A stretch of 64,000 nt of DNA from a plasmid. Below the pieces are notes generated by a model, which saw nothing but the letters and a program-made list of their open reading frames with translations, ran no database searches and had not been told where the DNA came from. Positions 1-10,459 of this stretch are shown piece after piece. The position numbers and the translations under genes were made by a program. The stretch lies in sequence record NZ_CP142098.1; one strand, written 5' to 3'. Positions within the stretch are counted from its first letter, which is position 1. Every line of letters starts with the position of its first letter.

Positions 1-753
1 ATGGCTAAAGCCGAAGGCTTCACATCCCGTTTTGATTTCTCTATGCACGTTGCCTTTGCGCGATCGCTTGGTAAGCGCCGCCGTATGCCTCCGCTTCTTC
101 GCCGGCGGGCGATTGATGCGCTGTTGCAGGGGATGTGTTTCCACTATGATCCATTAGCTAATCGTGTACAGCGATCTATCACAAATTTGGCCATCGAATG
201 TGGATTAGCCACGGAGTCCCATAAGGGCAACTTGTCTATCACTCGGGCGACACGAGCCTTGTTCTTCATGTCCGAACTCGGGCTGATTACATATCATACG
301 GAATATGATCCGCAGATAGGTTGTAACATCCCGACCGATATTACTTTCACACCGGCGCTGTTTTCTGCTCTAGACGTTTCCGACGTAGCTGTTGTAGCTG
401 CACGGCGTAGTCGTGTGGAATGGGAAAATAAGCAGCGTGAAAAACAGCACCTGTCACGCCTTGGAATGGACGAATTGATCGCAAAAGCCTGGCGGTTCGT
501 GCGCGAACGCTTCCGCAGCTATCAGTCCGAACGTAAGGCACACGGACTCCGTCGCGCTCGAGCTCGCCGCGATGCCGAGCGCACTCGCCGCGATATTGAA
601 ACCATAGTGAAGCGACAGCTGACGCGTGAGATCGCTGAAGGGCGTTTCATTGGCAACCAGGCTGCAGTCTTCACTGAGGTGAAGCGACGAGTTAAAGAGC
701 GCATGCTCATGTCTAGGGGAAACTACACCCGCCTGGTACCTGATCCCACCTGA
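1..753 (+). CDS. repA: IncFII replication initiator RepA1, 5'-truncated by the window edge
   Basis: Translation (…GFTSRFDF…RRRMPP…[11 protein letters not shown]…ANRVQ…[14 protein letters not shown]…) is collinear with R100/F-type RepA1 from about residue 36. It ends with the C-terminal basic tail typical of RepA1. Confidence 0.9.
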   Translation: MAKAEGFTSRFDFSMHVAFARSLGKRRRMPPLLRRRAIDALLQGMCFHYDPLANRVQRSITNLAIECGLATESHKGNLSITRATRALFFMSELGLITYHTEYDPQIGCNIPTDITFTPALFSALDVSDVAVVAARRSRVEWENKQREKQHLSRLGMDELIAKAWRFVRERFRSYQSERKAHGLRRARARRDAERTRRDIETIVKRQLTREIAEGRFIGNQAAVFTEVKRRVKERMLMSRGNYTRLVPDPT

Positions 754-759
754 ACCACC

Positions 760-1010
760 TTTTTATGATCCGGTTGACGCCGGAGGACCCGTCACGCCTA
801 TCATACACAGCTGTTGAAAATTTGCACAAAACGACTTCTCGTGGTCGTGTTATTCACCGCTAGGTAGGCGTGAAAATATAGAAAAACCTATCACCGACAA
901 TCAACTGATGTAATCAGAACAGTTATACACATATAACTGCAAGGGAAAGTTCCACAAAGCTACAATCGATAGATCCATAGAGTGCGAAACGTGTATGTTT
1001 TAAGGTGCGT
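760..1010. other. Probable IncFII oriR region immediately downstream of repA1
   Basis: AT-rich non-coding stretch directly after the repA1 stop, in the position of the IncFII origin. No motif-level verification was possible. Confidence 0.3.
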
Positions 1011-1516
1011 GGTTCCTTTTAAAGAACTAATGAATTCTTCTTTTAAAGACCTTTCTTTTCTTCATATAAAAATAAAACCTATTCATCGTCTGCCCTGTGG
1101 ACAGACTCAAAAAATGTCCGCCCTTGCAGCGGGCATAGCCCGCGCCGGTTCGGTATCGAGTACCTCCCATTGCTACGCAACGGGCCCCATTAAGAAACAT
1201 AAGTTAAAGCCGCTACGTAGCTGTTATAGCGATAAGAACAAGATACACGCCCGTAACCAGCCCTAACGGGCTGCTAACGCGGAGATACGCTCCAGCTGCG
1301 GCATAGCCTTGCTGGACCCACTCCGACGGCGCTGAAGCGCTGTAAGCTCGCTCGGTCTAGCAGGGCGAGGGGAGGATTGAGGCTCTATGAAAATATCGAA
1401 CCGGCTTCGCCGGGCTACCGGCGACCCTAACCTGTCGCTGATATCTGTTTAGCCCATCTGTCGCCTACCTGTTACCCTCTTAATCTGATCGATAAGTGAT
1501 CAATCAAATTTAGAGC

Positions 1517-2497
1517 TTGCTCAAAGTCAGGGTATGTTGGCGATTGATTCAAGGGGTTTGGGGTGCTATCAGGATAAATCTTAAGTATATTAGGAATTTA
1601 GCAACTAACTTAACCAGACAGGCATTTATGGCGACGTTGTTCATCGATCTACTTATCAAACCGCGCAAAAGATTTCGAGTTAAAACAACGTCTCAGGATG
1701 AGTTGACGCAGCAACTGGTGTTGTATGTGCAACGTCATTATCTGCGAGTGCCTGGCTGGGAGCTCTATAAGTATGGGCGTAGCTGGGGGTGTTTATGCCA
1801 GGTCGTGCCGCTTCCGTTCTTAGACTGGTTATCTTCGAACGAGAACTGCGCAAAGGCTAAAGAGATCGCTGAGACTTGCCGGCCGTTCGTAGAAGGTGCA
1901 CGCAATACTGCCGTTCCGCCGATCGCTGTATATATTCCTTTAAGCTGGTTATGCATCATAATTCCGCCCCTGGAGCTCATGCTTCGAGAACATTGGCAAA
2001 CTCAACTCAGAACAACGCGGACGGCGCCAGATGTTGATAGCGATACATCCTTCAAACCGTCTGATTACTACCTGTTATGCGAAGGACGGGCAATTCCTGA
2101 CGTTTGGCAGCGGCATTTTGAATTATGTATGAAAAGAGGTATGCCGTTCATCGTTTTATGGCATTTTCCTCCTAAGCAGGCCAGATTTGCCTCACGCTAC
2201 GACATTCTTTTTTCTTGGGAAACCTTAGTTAAAAACCATGGCCATGTATTTGATAACCCCGATTTTCCTGATATCACTACGATCGTGACTAAACGTATTA
2301 TGCAGTTATTGAGGGAGCGACGACATGAAGAAGGCTTTGGCCGGGTATCTTTGCAGAATGTACTTGGAGAAGGGCAAATAAACATTTTAAAGTTAAGTTT
2401 TGAAGCTGCTGAACAGCTCACTCTTGAGCTGGTGAGATTGATCCAAGTGTTGATTAACGAAGCAGAAGTAAGTTTGCAGAATAACTTGTTAGGTTAA
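1517..2497 (+). CDS. Hypothetical protein (326 aa ORF; start may be the later Met at 1628)
   Basis: Long uninterrupted ORF between the two replicons with no recognisable motifs. Confidence 0.4.
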   Translation: MLKVRVCWRLIQGVWGAIRINLKYIRNLATNLTRQAFMATLFIDLLIKPRKRFRVKTTSQDELTQQLVLYVQRHYLRVPGWELYKYGRSWGCLCQVVPLPFLDWLSSNENCAKAKEIAETCRPFVEGARNTAVPPIAVYIPLSWLCIIIPPLELMLREHWQTQLRTTRTAPDVDSDTSFKPSDYYLLCEGRAIPDVWQRHFELCMKRGMPFIVLWHFPPKQARFASRYDILFSWETLVKNHGHVFDNPDFPDITTIVTKRIMQLLRERRHEEGFGRVSLQNVLGEGQINILKLSFEAAEQLTLELVRLIQVLINEAEVSLQNNLLG

Positions 2498-2589
2498 CAA
2501 AATAGATATCAATCAGTATGTTGGTTTTCCTTTCTAAGGAAAAGCCGCTTATGCGGATTTTTTATTTGGTCGTCAAATAAGATCTTAGC

Positions 2590-2720
2590 ATGAAGGCAGA
2601 CCAGACAGATTCAGGTATGGGAAACACCTAAAGTAGGTTCTTGAAGTAGTGCTATCAGGGTATGGGAAATAGCACATGTTCTTAAAGGCCATAGTATGTG
2701 GGAAACGGCTAAAGTAGATG
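2590..2720. repeat. Iteron set (GGGAAAC/TATGGGAAA-type) downstream of repB
   Basis: Three copies of ggtatgggaaa(c/t)… at about 2616, 2659 and 2694, matching the reverse complement of the upstream iterons. Confidence 0.55.
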
Positions 2721-3419
2721 GGCTGGTTCAGGGGTTTTGGTTACGATCGTGAAAATAAGTTTGCCATCACCAGATTCAGACATCGTGGCCATCAAAGGGG
2801 TTTCTTTGCTGATCTTTTCCAGTGCAGGCTTGATAAATGTGCGTTTCATCTCGGCGAAGTTATCGCGCTGTGACTGTGGGAGCTGATAACGTTCGGCTAG
2901 CCAATCCGCGGTGGTGATCCAGATCCCGGACTTTCGATACTGGCATAGGCTTTCGTACAAGCGGATTGCCCTCACACTGTTGATTCGGCCGCAATCATAA
3001 AGGTTGTAGGTCGTGAATTGACTGCTTAGGTCCAGCAAATACGGCATTACCTTGTTGTTAAATTCTATGTTCCATGAACCCCTTCCTCGCTTCAAGCCTG
3101 CCTCAGCAAGCCAGGGGCGTTTACGTTCTTCATATTCACCATCCGATGGGAAAAAGGTAACAGAGCTATTGGAAAGCGCGTCAATACCTTTCCTAACATC
3201 AGTGCTTGCAGTCGCCTGGCTAACCTTAAACAGGCGCTGATAATCAGCGACCCTGACAGTGAACGTGCCTGGATGCTCGTCTTGTCTGTAAGTTTCCATG
3301 AGGCACAACCACAGGACTCGCTTAGCCTGTAATGACAGATAATAGGCAGCTTCCGTTAGCTCGTTTGATTGAGCAATGGCAGGTCTGTTGGTTTTCACAA
3401 TCCCTTTATTTTCAGTCAT
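2709..3419 (-). CDS. repB: Rep_3-family iteron-binding replication initiator (RepFIB RepB-like)
   Basis: 236-aa protein with the typical Rep_3 architecture, flanked on both sides by tttcccata-type iterons, as in RepFIB. Confidence 0.8.
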   Translation of the reverse strand: MTENKGIVKTNRPAIAQSNELTEAAYYLSLQAKRVLWLCLMETYRQDEHPGTFTVRVADYQRLFKVSQATASTDVRKGIDALSNSSVTFFPSDGEYEERKRPWLAEAGLKRGRGSWNIEFNNKVMPYLLDLSSQFTTYNLYDCGRINSVRAIRLYESLCQYRKSGIWITTADWLAERYQLPQSQRDNFAEMKRTFIKPALEKISKETPLMATMSESGDGKLIFTIVTKTPEPAHLL

Positions 3420-3439
3420 ATGTTGTTCTATGGGTGGTT

Positions 3440-3625
3440 TGGATTTACCCCATAGTTACATTCGTTTTATAGCATGGTCAAGGCAAACTTTTGGTGATTC
3501 CCATACCTGAATTAACTTTAGCTATCCCCCATAGAAACTTTAGCTGTTTCCCATTCCAACTTAAGCTTTTACCCACAATAACTTTGGCTGTTTCCCATAC
3601 CTGCTTTATCCGTTTCCCATATTGA
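3440..3625. repeat. Iteron array upstream of repB (5 copies of a ttt/cccat(a/t)-containing 19-22 bp unit)
   Basis: Direct repeats at about 3487, 3520, 3541, 3587 and 3610, each containing (t)tcccat(a/t). Confidence 0.6.
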
Positions 3626-3985
3626 CAGCCCTGAGAGGCAAGCGTGACAAGGCTTTAGAGCATGTCTAAAAAGCATTTAAAATCTTTAAAAATCAAAAAA
3701 ATCTTTAAAAAACATTACTGTGGATATGTTGATATCTAAACTATGGGAAATACCAAAAGTTTCCTTCATGGAACTGCAGTAGCACCCACCGGGTAACCGG
3801 TGGGCCCCAAATCACTGCCTCAACAGCTCAGATCCTGCCTCAGAAACCCATGGTAGCTCTTTGTCTGTAAGCCAAGTGTCGCAACGGCTCGTTGCGATCT
3901 AGGCTCCTGTGGTGCGTCCAGCTTCGAAAAAAGACTGGTCTTAGCAGGATCGGGGGGGAGGATCCTTTAAGATCCTCTATGGTTG

Positions 3986-5959
3986 CTATTTGATGAAAGG
4001 ATTTCCTTTCGATTGGAGATACATCTGACCAAAAACATGTGATGCATAATCGTTGAGATGGCCAACATCCCTATACACGCTCACTCCATTAACTTCTGTA
4101 GCACATCCAGTCTCTGAACATTGAACGTCTTTTATGTCAATAATCACTAGAGATGGATGTGATTTTTTTAATTCTTCAAATTTTTCATCAAACCATGAAG
4201 GAGAAGGCTTAGTATTGCGAAGTGAGTTGCATTCACCATTTTCAAAATCATTTCTTCCTATCAGTTTCCTTTTCAAACAAAACTCATAGCCGTCTGGTCT
4301 ATTAAATATTTCTTTCATTATCACCGGAGTGGAGCCTGCTTTTTCGATGATTGTAAGCGCTTCATTAATAGCAGAGCTTAATCTCTCTTTTGAAAGTTCT
4401 AAGGTACGGGTATCTCCTTGATTATTTATAATCTTATCGCTGACATACATTGGCCATAGCTCACCAATAATAACATAGTCATATTTATTATTTTCTATTT
4501 GTTCATAATATTGCTTAGTGTTTTCATGACAAGTTTCATAAACTGTATTAGAAAAGTGCCACCAATCAAACTGATAGAGACCTGGCAACGTTAAACAACT
4601 TGCTGTGCTTTTTGCAGTAATTGCTAAATTAGCATCTTTTGCTAAAGTCTCTAAGAACATCCAGTAGTGATTAGAGTTTGAATCTCCAATGAAGAATGCA
4701 GTCTTTTTTGGGGATTCAACTCCGAACGTACAGTGTTCGTTTGAATATTTTCCTTCGATTTCATCTGTAAGACAATCTGAACGATGTCCCGACATTTTTT
4801 TGTACTTTAATTCAAGGTTTGTTGCTGTGTTAAATGAACTTCCAAATCGCCATGGGAAGTAGTTTTGATTTTTTGCAACAGAATATAGAACAATGCTTAA
4901 TAATAATGGCGTTACAATTAATAAAAGTATTGATGCTTTTAGGTTTTTATTGCATTTCCGCAGGGGCATCTCTATATAACTATAAGAAACACACGCAAGG
5001 AGTAATGATGATGTAAGTAATGAAATAAGCAGAAGTGAGTCGTTAAACACATCCATATAATGCAACAATGCCAGGCAAGGCCAGTGCCATAGGTAAAGAG
5101 AATATGAGCGTTTACCAATGGCTACGAGAGAATTTGATGCAAGCAACCTCGATGCATAGGATCTGGATGATTCACCAGAGAGGATTATAGCGCCAGTTGC
5201 TAATGCAACCACAAGGGTATACCCATTTGGGTAGCCAGATATTAATTCTGGAGACATTGAAAGAGTAATAATTAGAGATAGTGATACGATACCAACAATA
5301 TTGGATAGCTTATGTTCTATCCTAAATGAGGTAAATGCGATGCAACTGCCAATTTGCAATTCGAAGCAACGCGAGAAAAAATCATAGTATCTCACTTTAC
5401 TAGTTGTATAGGATAGGTATAAAGAAACAATAAGAAAAACGGCTGTAATCACATAGTTTGCTAAAGCGACTTTGTCTTTTTGATAAGACTTTAGTGTAAA
5501 ATACAGAATTACAGGGAATGTCAAATACCATTGCCACTCAATAGAGAGAGACCATGTATGAAGCAACAATAAGTAGCTGGAGTCTTCTGAAGCATAACTA
5601 GTTGTTACACCAGAAAAATACTGGTTTGATGTGAAGTACAGAACATTTTTTACGCTGTGCAGGAACGTGTTGTAATCGGCTGGAAGGTAAAAAATGCTAC
5701 CGATAATTATAGAAATGAAAACGATGAGTAGCAGCGATGGTTGTAGTCGCCAAATTCTACGAGTATAAAAATCACTTAAATTAAATTTTTGGTCATTAGT
5801 TCCGTCTAAAATTATTTTGGATATCAAATATCCCGATATGACGAAAAATACATCAACACCGATGAATCCTGCAGGGAATTGGCTTAGTCCCGCATGAAAA
5901 AAAATGACTAAAGCGACAGCTATAGCTCGTAAGCCGTCAATATCACTACGGTACTTCAT
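3986..5959 (-). CDS. Acyltransferase-3 family membrane protein with a C-terminal SGNH-like domain (OafA/YrhL-type O-acetyltransferase)
   Basis: N-terminal region (RSDIDGLRAIAVALVIFFHAG…GVDVFFVISGYLI) is the acyltransferase-3 signature. Multiple transmembrane segments are followed by a roughly 300-aa soluble C-terminus. Low GC content. The ATG (MKYRSD) with a GAGG ribosome-binding site is preferred over the TTG used by the ORF track. Confidence 0.8.
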   Translation of the reverse strand: MKYRSDIDGLRAIAVALVIFFHAGLSQFPAGFIGVDVFFVISGYLISKIILDGTNDQKFNLSDFYTRRIWRLQPSLLLIVFISIIIGSIFYLPADYNTFLHSVKNVLYFTSNQYFSGVTTSYASEDSSYLLLLHTWSLSIEWQWYLTFPVILYFTLKSYQKDKVALANYVITAVFLIVSLYLSYTTSKVRYYDFFSRCFELQIGSCIAFTSFRIEHKLSNIVGIVSLSLIITLSMSPELISGYPNGYTLVVALATGAIILSGESSRSYASRLLASNSLVAIGKRSYSLYLWHWPCLALLHYMDVFNDSLLLISLLTSSLLLACVSYSYIEMPLRKCNKNLKASILLLIVTPLLLSIVLYSVAKNQNYFPWRFGSSFNTATNLELKYKKMSGHRSDCLTDEIEGKYSNEHCTFGVESPKKTAFFIGDSNSNHYWMFLETLAKDANLAITAKSTASCLTLPGLYQFDWWHFSNTVYETCHENTKQYYEQIENNKYDYVIIGELWPMYVSDKIINNQGDTRTLELSKERLSSAINEALTIIEKAGSTPVIMKEIFNRPDGYEFCLKRKLIGRNDFENGECNSLRNTKPSPSWFDEKFEELKKSHPSLVIIDIKDVQCSETGCATEVNGVSVYRDVGHLNDYASHVFGQMYLQSKGNPFIK

Positions 5960-6035
5960 TTTTAACCTCAAAGTTGTTTTTTTCGTTTATATTATAATTT
6001 AATTCCGAGGTCAGATAAATATACAAGTTTACATT

Positions 6036-7298
6036 TTAAATTATTTTGGCAATCGGTATATCGCTTAATCGTGTGGTGTAGGAGGGAGAGAGTAATTCGC
6101 GGCGCATCTTCCAGGTTTTACTTATCCCTTGGCCGGCAAACCAGACTTTCCCCAGCCCGGAGTGATTTATGCCATCGACGGCTTTCATCAATTGTTCGCT
6201 ACCGGCGCGCGGTGGATGTTCGTCGAAGAGATCGATCTGGCCGGGTTTGTCACAGAAATCGTTAAGCATGATGCCCGCTTTTTGATAGCGAAAACCGTCA
6301 CGCCAGATCGCATCGAGGGCTTTCACAGCCGCCGCAACAATGTCGCGGGTGTCTTGCGTGGCCAACATGAGCTGGACGCTGTGGCTGTTGGCATAATAAG
6401 GCTCATGAGGTGCAAATGGGCTGGTTCGTGCAAACACTGAAATGTGCCGGCAGTATTGCCTCTCTCGGCGGAGTTTCTCGGCGGCCCGCTCGGCGTATTG
6501 GCACACCGCCTGGCGCATGTCCTGCAGCTGCGTGACGCGCTGGCCAAATGACCGGCTGACGATGATCTGCTGCTTTGCCGGCAGCGCATCGATCGAGATA
6601 CACGGCACACCGTTTAGTTCACGCACGGTGCGCTCGAGCACAACCCCGAACGTCCTGCGTATCAACGCCTGGTTGCTGTCGGCAAGCTGCAGTGCAGTCG
6701 TGATCCCCATCGCAGCCAGCTTTTTGGTCAACTGGCGCCCACATCCCCACACTTCGCTGACCGGCACCAGCGCCATCAACCGTCGTTGCCGATCGCGGTT
6801 TGTCAGATCAACCACACCGCCGGTAGCCGGCCAGGTTTTTGCGGCGTGATTAGCCAGCTTTGCAAGGGTCATCGACTGCGCAATTCCAATGCCACAGCTG
6901 AGGCCTGTCTGCTGTAGAACGGTATTACGCACACGGTGGCCGTAGTCTTCGAATGACTCTGTGGCATCGATGCCGGCAACGTGAAGAAATGCCTCGTCGA
7001 TGCTATAGATCGTCATCGCCGGCGCGAGGGATTCTAAAATCGTCATGCAGCGTGCCGACATGTCGCCGTACAAGGCATAATTGCTTGAAAAGACAGTTAC
7101 GTTTTGATTTTTAATGATTTCTCTGGCCTGAAAAAACGGCATGCCACGTTTCAGGCCGAGCTTTTTTCCCTCGCGGTTGATTGCCACCAGGGCGCCGTCG
7201 TTGTTCGAAAGAACAGCCACTGGACGCCCTTTAAGATCCGGACGGAAAACCTGTTCGCAGGCGCAGTACATCGAATTGACGTCAGCCAAGAGAAACAT
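6036..7298 (-). CDS. umuC: Y-family DNA polymerase V catalytic subunit UmuC
   Basis: MFLLADVNSMYCACEQVFRPDLKGRPVAVLSNNDG… is the canonical UmuC/DinB N-terminus. The start lies 2 nt downstream of the umuD stop. Confidence 0.9.
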   Translation of the reverse strand: MFLLADVNSMYCACEQVFRPDLKGRPVAVLSNNDGALVAINREGKKLGLKRGMPFFQAREIIKNQNVTVFSSNYALYGDMSARCMTILESLAPAMTIYSIDEAFLHVAGIDATESFEDYGHRVRNTVLQQTGLSCGIGIAQSMTLAKLANHAAKTWPATGGVVDLTNRDRQRRLMALVPVSEVWGCGRQLTKKLAAMGITTALQLADSNQALIRRTFGVVLERTVRELNGVPCISIDALPAKQQIIVSRSFGQRVTQLQDMRQAVCQYAERAAEKLRRERQYCRHISVFARTSPFAPHEPYYANSHSVQLMLATQDTRDIVAAAVKALDAIWRDGFRYQKAGIMLNDFCDKPGQIDLFDEHPPRAGSEQLMKAVDGINHSGLGKVWFAGQGISKTWKMRRELLSPSYTTRLSDIPIAKII

Positions 7299-7300
7299 GG

Positions 7301-7717
7301 TCACCTCACGAACGAGTGCAGGGCATGGATCACTACCCCGAAAATTTCCAGCGTTTCGGGATAAATAGGACTGTAGGCGGGATTCATCGGCGCCAGGCAA
7401 ACCTTGGGCGTAAGCAGCAGCCGCTTGACGGTAAACTCACCGTCGACCGCGGCGATCACGATGCTGCCATGCACGGGTTTTTCAGCCCGATCTACGATCA
7501 GCAAATCTCCTGACAGTATGCCGCCATCGCTCATTGACTCACCCGTTGCGCGGATGAAATACGTGGCGGCCGGGTGTCTAATAAAATCATTTAAATCAAT
7601 GGATTGCTCTATGTAATCGTCGGCAGGGCTGGGGAAACCTGCCGGGCATGGTGTCCCGTATAGCGGGAGTTTGACCGGTTGACCTGGTGAAAAAAAGTAC
7701 AATTCTCTGGCATTCAT
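7301..7717 (-). CDS. umuD: UmuD (LexA-like self-cleaving peptidase S24)
   Basis: 138 aa with the S24 serine/lysine dyad region (…GESMSDGGI…VKRLL…). Located directly upstream of umuC. Confidence 0.9.
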   Translation of the reverse strand: MNARELYFFSPGQPVKLPLYGTPCPAGFPSPADDYIEQSIDLNDFIRHPAATYFIRATGESMSDGGILSGDLLIVDRAEKPVHGSIVIAAVDGEFTVKRLLLTPKVCLAPMNPAYSPIYPETLEIFGVVIHALHSFVR

Positions 7718-7733
7718 AATAGTAATAATTTAT

Positions 7734-7749
7734 CTGTATATATATACAG
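7734..7749. promoter_or_regulatory. LexA (SOS) box CTGTATATATATACAG, 17 bp upstream of umuD
   Basis: Perfect CTGT-N8-ACAG palindrome in the umuD promoter region. Confidence 0.75.
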
Positions 7750-7914
7750 TAAATCATAAACGAAACGTGCGCACACGCAAGCCTGAAACCGGGTCTCGTA
7801 GCGAGATCCGACGTAATATAATAATTTTCTGAGTGATTTTTTTCTGCAGCTTTTGGCGTTCCTCATGTGTGCTTGCACACATGATATCCACCAAAACTGT
7901 GGATAACGCGCAGT

Positions 7915-8601
7915 TCAGACCGTTGGTGTATCAATGGCCAGGATGAGTGAGGGATTGTCATTGCGAACGGCGCCCACAGCCGGCGAGACCGGTTGCCAGC
8001 TGAAATCCTCCGCTTGCAGGCTGTACACGTCAGCATGCATATGGCCAGAGGGCGGAACTAAGCTGGTATCGAGCCAGTCGCGCGCGGCAGCGGGTGGCAG
8101 CACCAGAGGACGTCGATCATGAATATCCGCCAGGCCGGCATGACTGGCGGCCGTGATAATGATAAAGCTGCCGCTGCCGTCGCTGGCTGCTACGTACAGC
8201 GCCGCAAAGAACAACGGCTGGCAAACGGCGCCACGGATAAAATAGGGCTGCTTCAGCCGTGGATTCTCCGTCGACTTTTTCCATTCGTACCAGCCCGATG
8301 CCGGCACCAGCGCGCGGCCATGCTTCCAGAGCGGGGCGAACATCCGGCTGTGCTCCGCGGTTTCAACGCGGGCATTGATGAGCGGTGGTTTTCCCTGTTC
8401 ACGCCACCATTCCGGTGCATAGCCCCAGTTGACCAGCGTCAGCTGCAGCTGGTCATCGTGGTGATGAAACACCGACACTGGCGTGCCGGGGGCGACGTTA
8501 TACCGTGCATGCCAGTCGCCGGCGGTGCTAACCGGCGTATCAAGCGCCAGGGCGGTGAGAAATTCGTCTCGGCAATGGAATTGTGCAAAACGGCCGCACA
8601 T
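7915..8601 (-). CDS. SOS response-associated peptidase (SRAP/YedK/HMCES family)
   Basis: N-terminal MCGRF catalytic Cys2 motif and a 228-aa length typical of SRAP. Confidence 0.85.
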   Translation of the reverse strand: MCGRFAQFHCRDEFLTALALDTPVSTAGDWHARYNVAPGTPVSVFHHHDDQLQLTLVNWGYAPEWWREQGKPPLINARVETAEHSRMFAPLWKHGRALVPASGWYEWKKSTENPRLKQPYFIRGAVCQPLFFAALYVAASDGSGSFIIITAASHAGLADIHDRRPLVLPPAAARDWLDTSLVPPSGHMHADVYSLQAEDFSWQPVSPAVGAVRNDNPSLILAIDTPTV

Positions 8602-8729
8602 TGCGCCTCCTGACTTAAATAAACTAAGTGTAGAAAATTATTATAAACCTTGCACAATATATATAAATTCAACTCGATTATTATGATAGTATTATAAATA
8701 CTGTATTTTATGGGTTTGGTTTTTATTCC

Positions 8730-8903
8730 ATGATTAGAAATTTATTTTTCATCTCTATTTTCTTTGTCTTTGTGGCGTTCCTTGCGTCCATTGGTGGCTA
8801 TTGGATGGTTTCGGGACTGGCTTTTATTAATTTATTTATTTGCTTGATTTTTATATTTATATTCTATGTGGTAAGGTTTTATAGATATAGAGGGGTGAGA
8901 TGA
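8730..8903 (+). CDS. Small hydrophobic peptide (57 aa, two predicted transmembrane segments), too short for the ORF track
   Basis: Hand translation: MIRNLFFISIFFVFVAFLASIGGYWMVSGLAFINLFICLIFIFIFYVVRFYRYRGVR. It lies in an AT-rich leader and ends 8 nt before the next ORF. Confidence 0.3.
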   Translation: MIRNLFFISIFFVFVAFLASIGGYWMVSGLAFINLFICLIFIFIFYVVRFYRYRGVR

Positions 8904-8910
8904 AGAAACT

Positions 8911-9906
8911 ATGAGTGATGATCCGGGAAGAAGTAAATTTGTCGATCTGCCGGCAGATGCCAGACCTTCTTTCTGGCGCAGCATAGCTGGCAGGGTATAC
9001 GAAGGGATTATGCATTCTCTGGGACGGCCTGCCCGCCTGGAGAATGCGATTGCTTCCGGGCAGCTTATTCCCTGTCCGCTCATCGCCCCTGTCGACACGT
9101 TCTGGACACGGTCTGTGGTTTACTGGCAGGACTGGATGTCTTCACCTTTGCCATCATTCCATTCTAGCCCTTGGACGATCGACTACCGCAAACTGGGCTA
9201 CCAGCGCGAACTCGAAAGTCATTCACTTGCTGTTCCCGAGCTTCAGCAGCTGATTAGCAAAGAAGATGTCCCTCATTTTACATGCGACATCACGGATATC
9301 CGGGGAATGTCGGCATCGAAATCTATGGAGCATGATATCCGGGACATTGATGAATTTCCCATCCTAAGATGCCGTGAACTGGCTGAACCCGTGACTAAAG
9401 AGTACTTGTGGAAAAATATGAGTCACAGGGAATTACGGCTCGACCGGATGCGATTTGCTGAATATCTGTGGGCAGAGCGGAGGCTCTACTGGCTGAACGA
9501 AGGTGGCTCACACCATTTTGGCGCTGCACGCTATCAGGCATGCCGCCTGGGCATTGCGGTTCCACTTACCGGCAGACTCTGTCGCTACAGTGTTAACGCG
9601 AGGATGGCCTCCGCTTTACGTCAGCAATGGCACCTGTTTGCTATTCCGGCAGACGAACTCTTCTGCAGCTTTTTAGATGCCATGAATGCTTTTGAATGCC
9701 CATTTGGTAATTCAGATTTGCCGCGTCACATGCATGATGCGGACAAATCAGGTATAGCTCTCAAACTCGTCTGGCTTGATCGTAGCCACCCCAGAGCCAA
9801 TGCTGTTGCTGATGTACTTTCCGCCGCGGGTTTCCCTGATTTCGGTAAACAGTTGAAGCTGCTGGCGACCCAGACGGCTGAAACAATATCCCGAGAAGTA
9901 AATTAA
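8911..9906 (+). CDS. Hypothetical protein (331 aa)
   Basis: Long ORF with a GAGG-like ribosome-binding site upstream. No recognisable motif. Confidence 0.5.
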   Translation: MSDDPGRSKFVDLPADARPSFWRSIAGRVYEGIMHSLGRPARLENAIASGQLIPCPLIAPVDTFWTRSVVYWQDWMSSPLPSFHSSPWTIDYRKLGYQRELESHSLAVPELQQLISKEDVPHFTCDITDIRGMSASKSMEHDIRDIDEFPILRCRELAEPVTKEYLWKNMSHRELRLDRMRFAEYLWAERRLYWLNEGGSHHFGAARYQACRLGIAVPLTGRLCRYSVNARMASALRQQWHLFAIPADELFCSFLDAMNAFECPFGNSDLPRHMHDADKSGIALKLVWLDRSHPRANAVADVLSAAGFPDFGKQLKLLATQTAETISREVN

Positions 9907-10003
9907 ACCTGTTCCTGGTCTTACCTCCCTGTTCATCCTTTGAACATTGATAACTTTTCTACCATTGGCTATGTTACGAACATATTTAGCCAAGGAAACG
10001 GGT

Positions 10004-10459
10004 ATGGATACTGTTGAAGAGTTAGGTGGCACCTATTTTTACGCTGGAATGGAGCGCCTTGGCGCTGGTGAGCTGTTCTTCTGGGTTTTTGTGGATAAAA
10101 CCATGCAGCAGCTGGGCGTCGGTGATGTGGGGGCTGTAGCGGCCATCGTCTCAGGCATGGCTATTTTACCGACCAGGCAGAAACCTGCCGGAGCCAAAAA
10201 GGGAACATCACTCGCCAGTGTGGCTTCACGAAAGGTCTTTGGGAACGCTAAATTCCCGTATGGAATTCAGCTACCAACATTTATCGGTAATCCCGTGGAA
10301 GGCATTAGGCGAAAGATGATCTCGAACATCGGCACCTTCGTTGGCCGGACAGTACCGGTCGTCGGCTGGCTCATTCTCGCCTATGATGTCTCACGGATCG
10401 GCGTCGAAAGCGTTGTAGCCTATAACAAAATCGCCCGTGCTGAGGATCGCTTATGGTAA
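10004..10459 (+). CDS. Hypothetical protein (STM2901-like); Gly-rich membrane-associated segment
   Basis: ORF starting at the ATG with an AAGGAA ribosome-binding site (10004). It overlaps the next gene by 7 nt, indicating translational coupling. Confidence 0.45.
   Translation: MDTVEELGGTYFYAGMERLGAGELFFWVFVDKTMQQLGVGDVGAVAAIVSGMAILPTRQKPAGAKKGTSLASVASRKVFGNAKFPYGIQLPTFIGNPVEGIRRKMISNIGTFVGRTVPVVGWLILAYDVSRIGVESVVAYNKIARAEDRLW

Noticed and set aside
982-1266. 94-aa ORF downstream of repA1
   Set aside because: It falls in the IncFII origin/non-coding region, has no ribosome-binding site and has atypical composition.
6071-7616. Multiple short ORFs on both strands within umuC/umuD
   Set aside because: They are nested in or antisense to well-supported genes.
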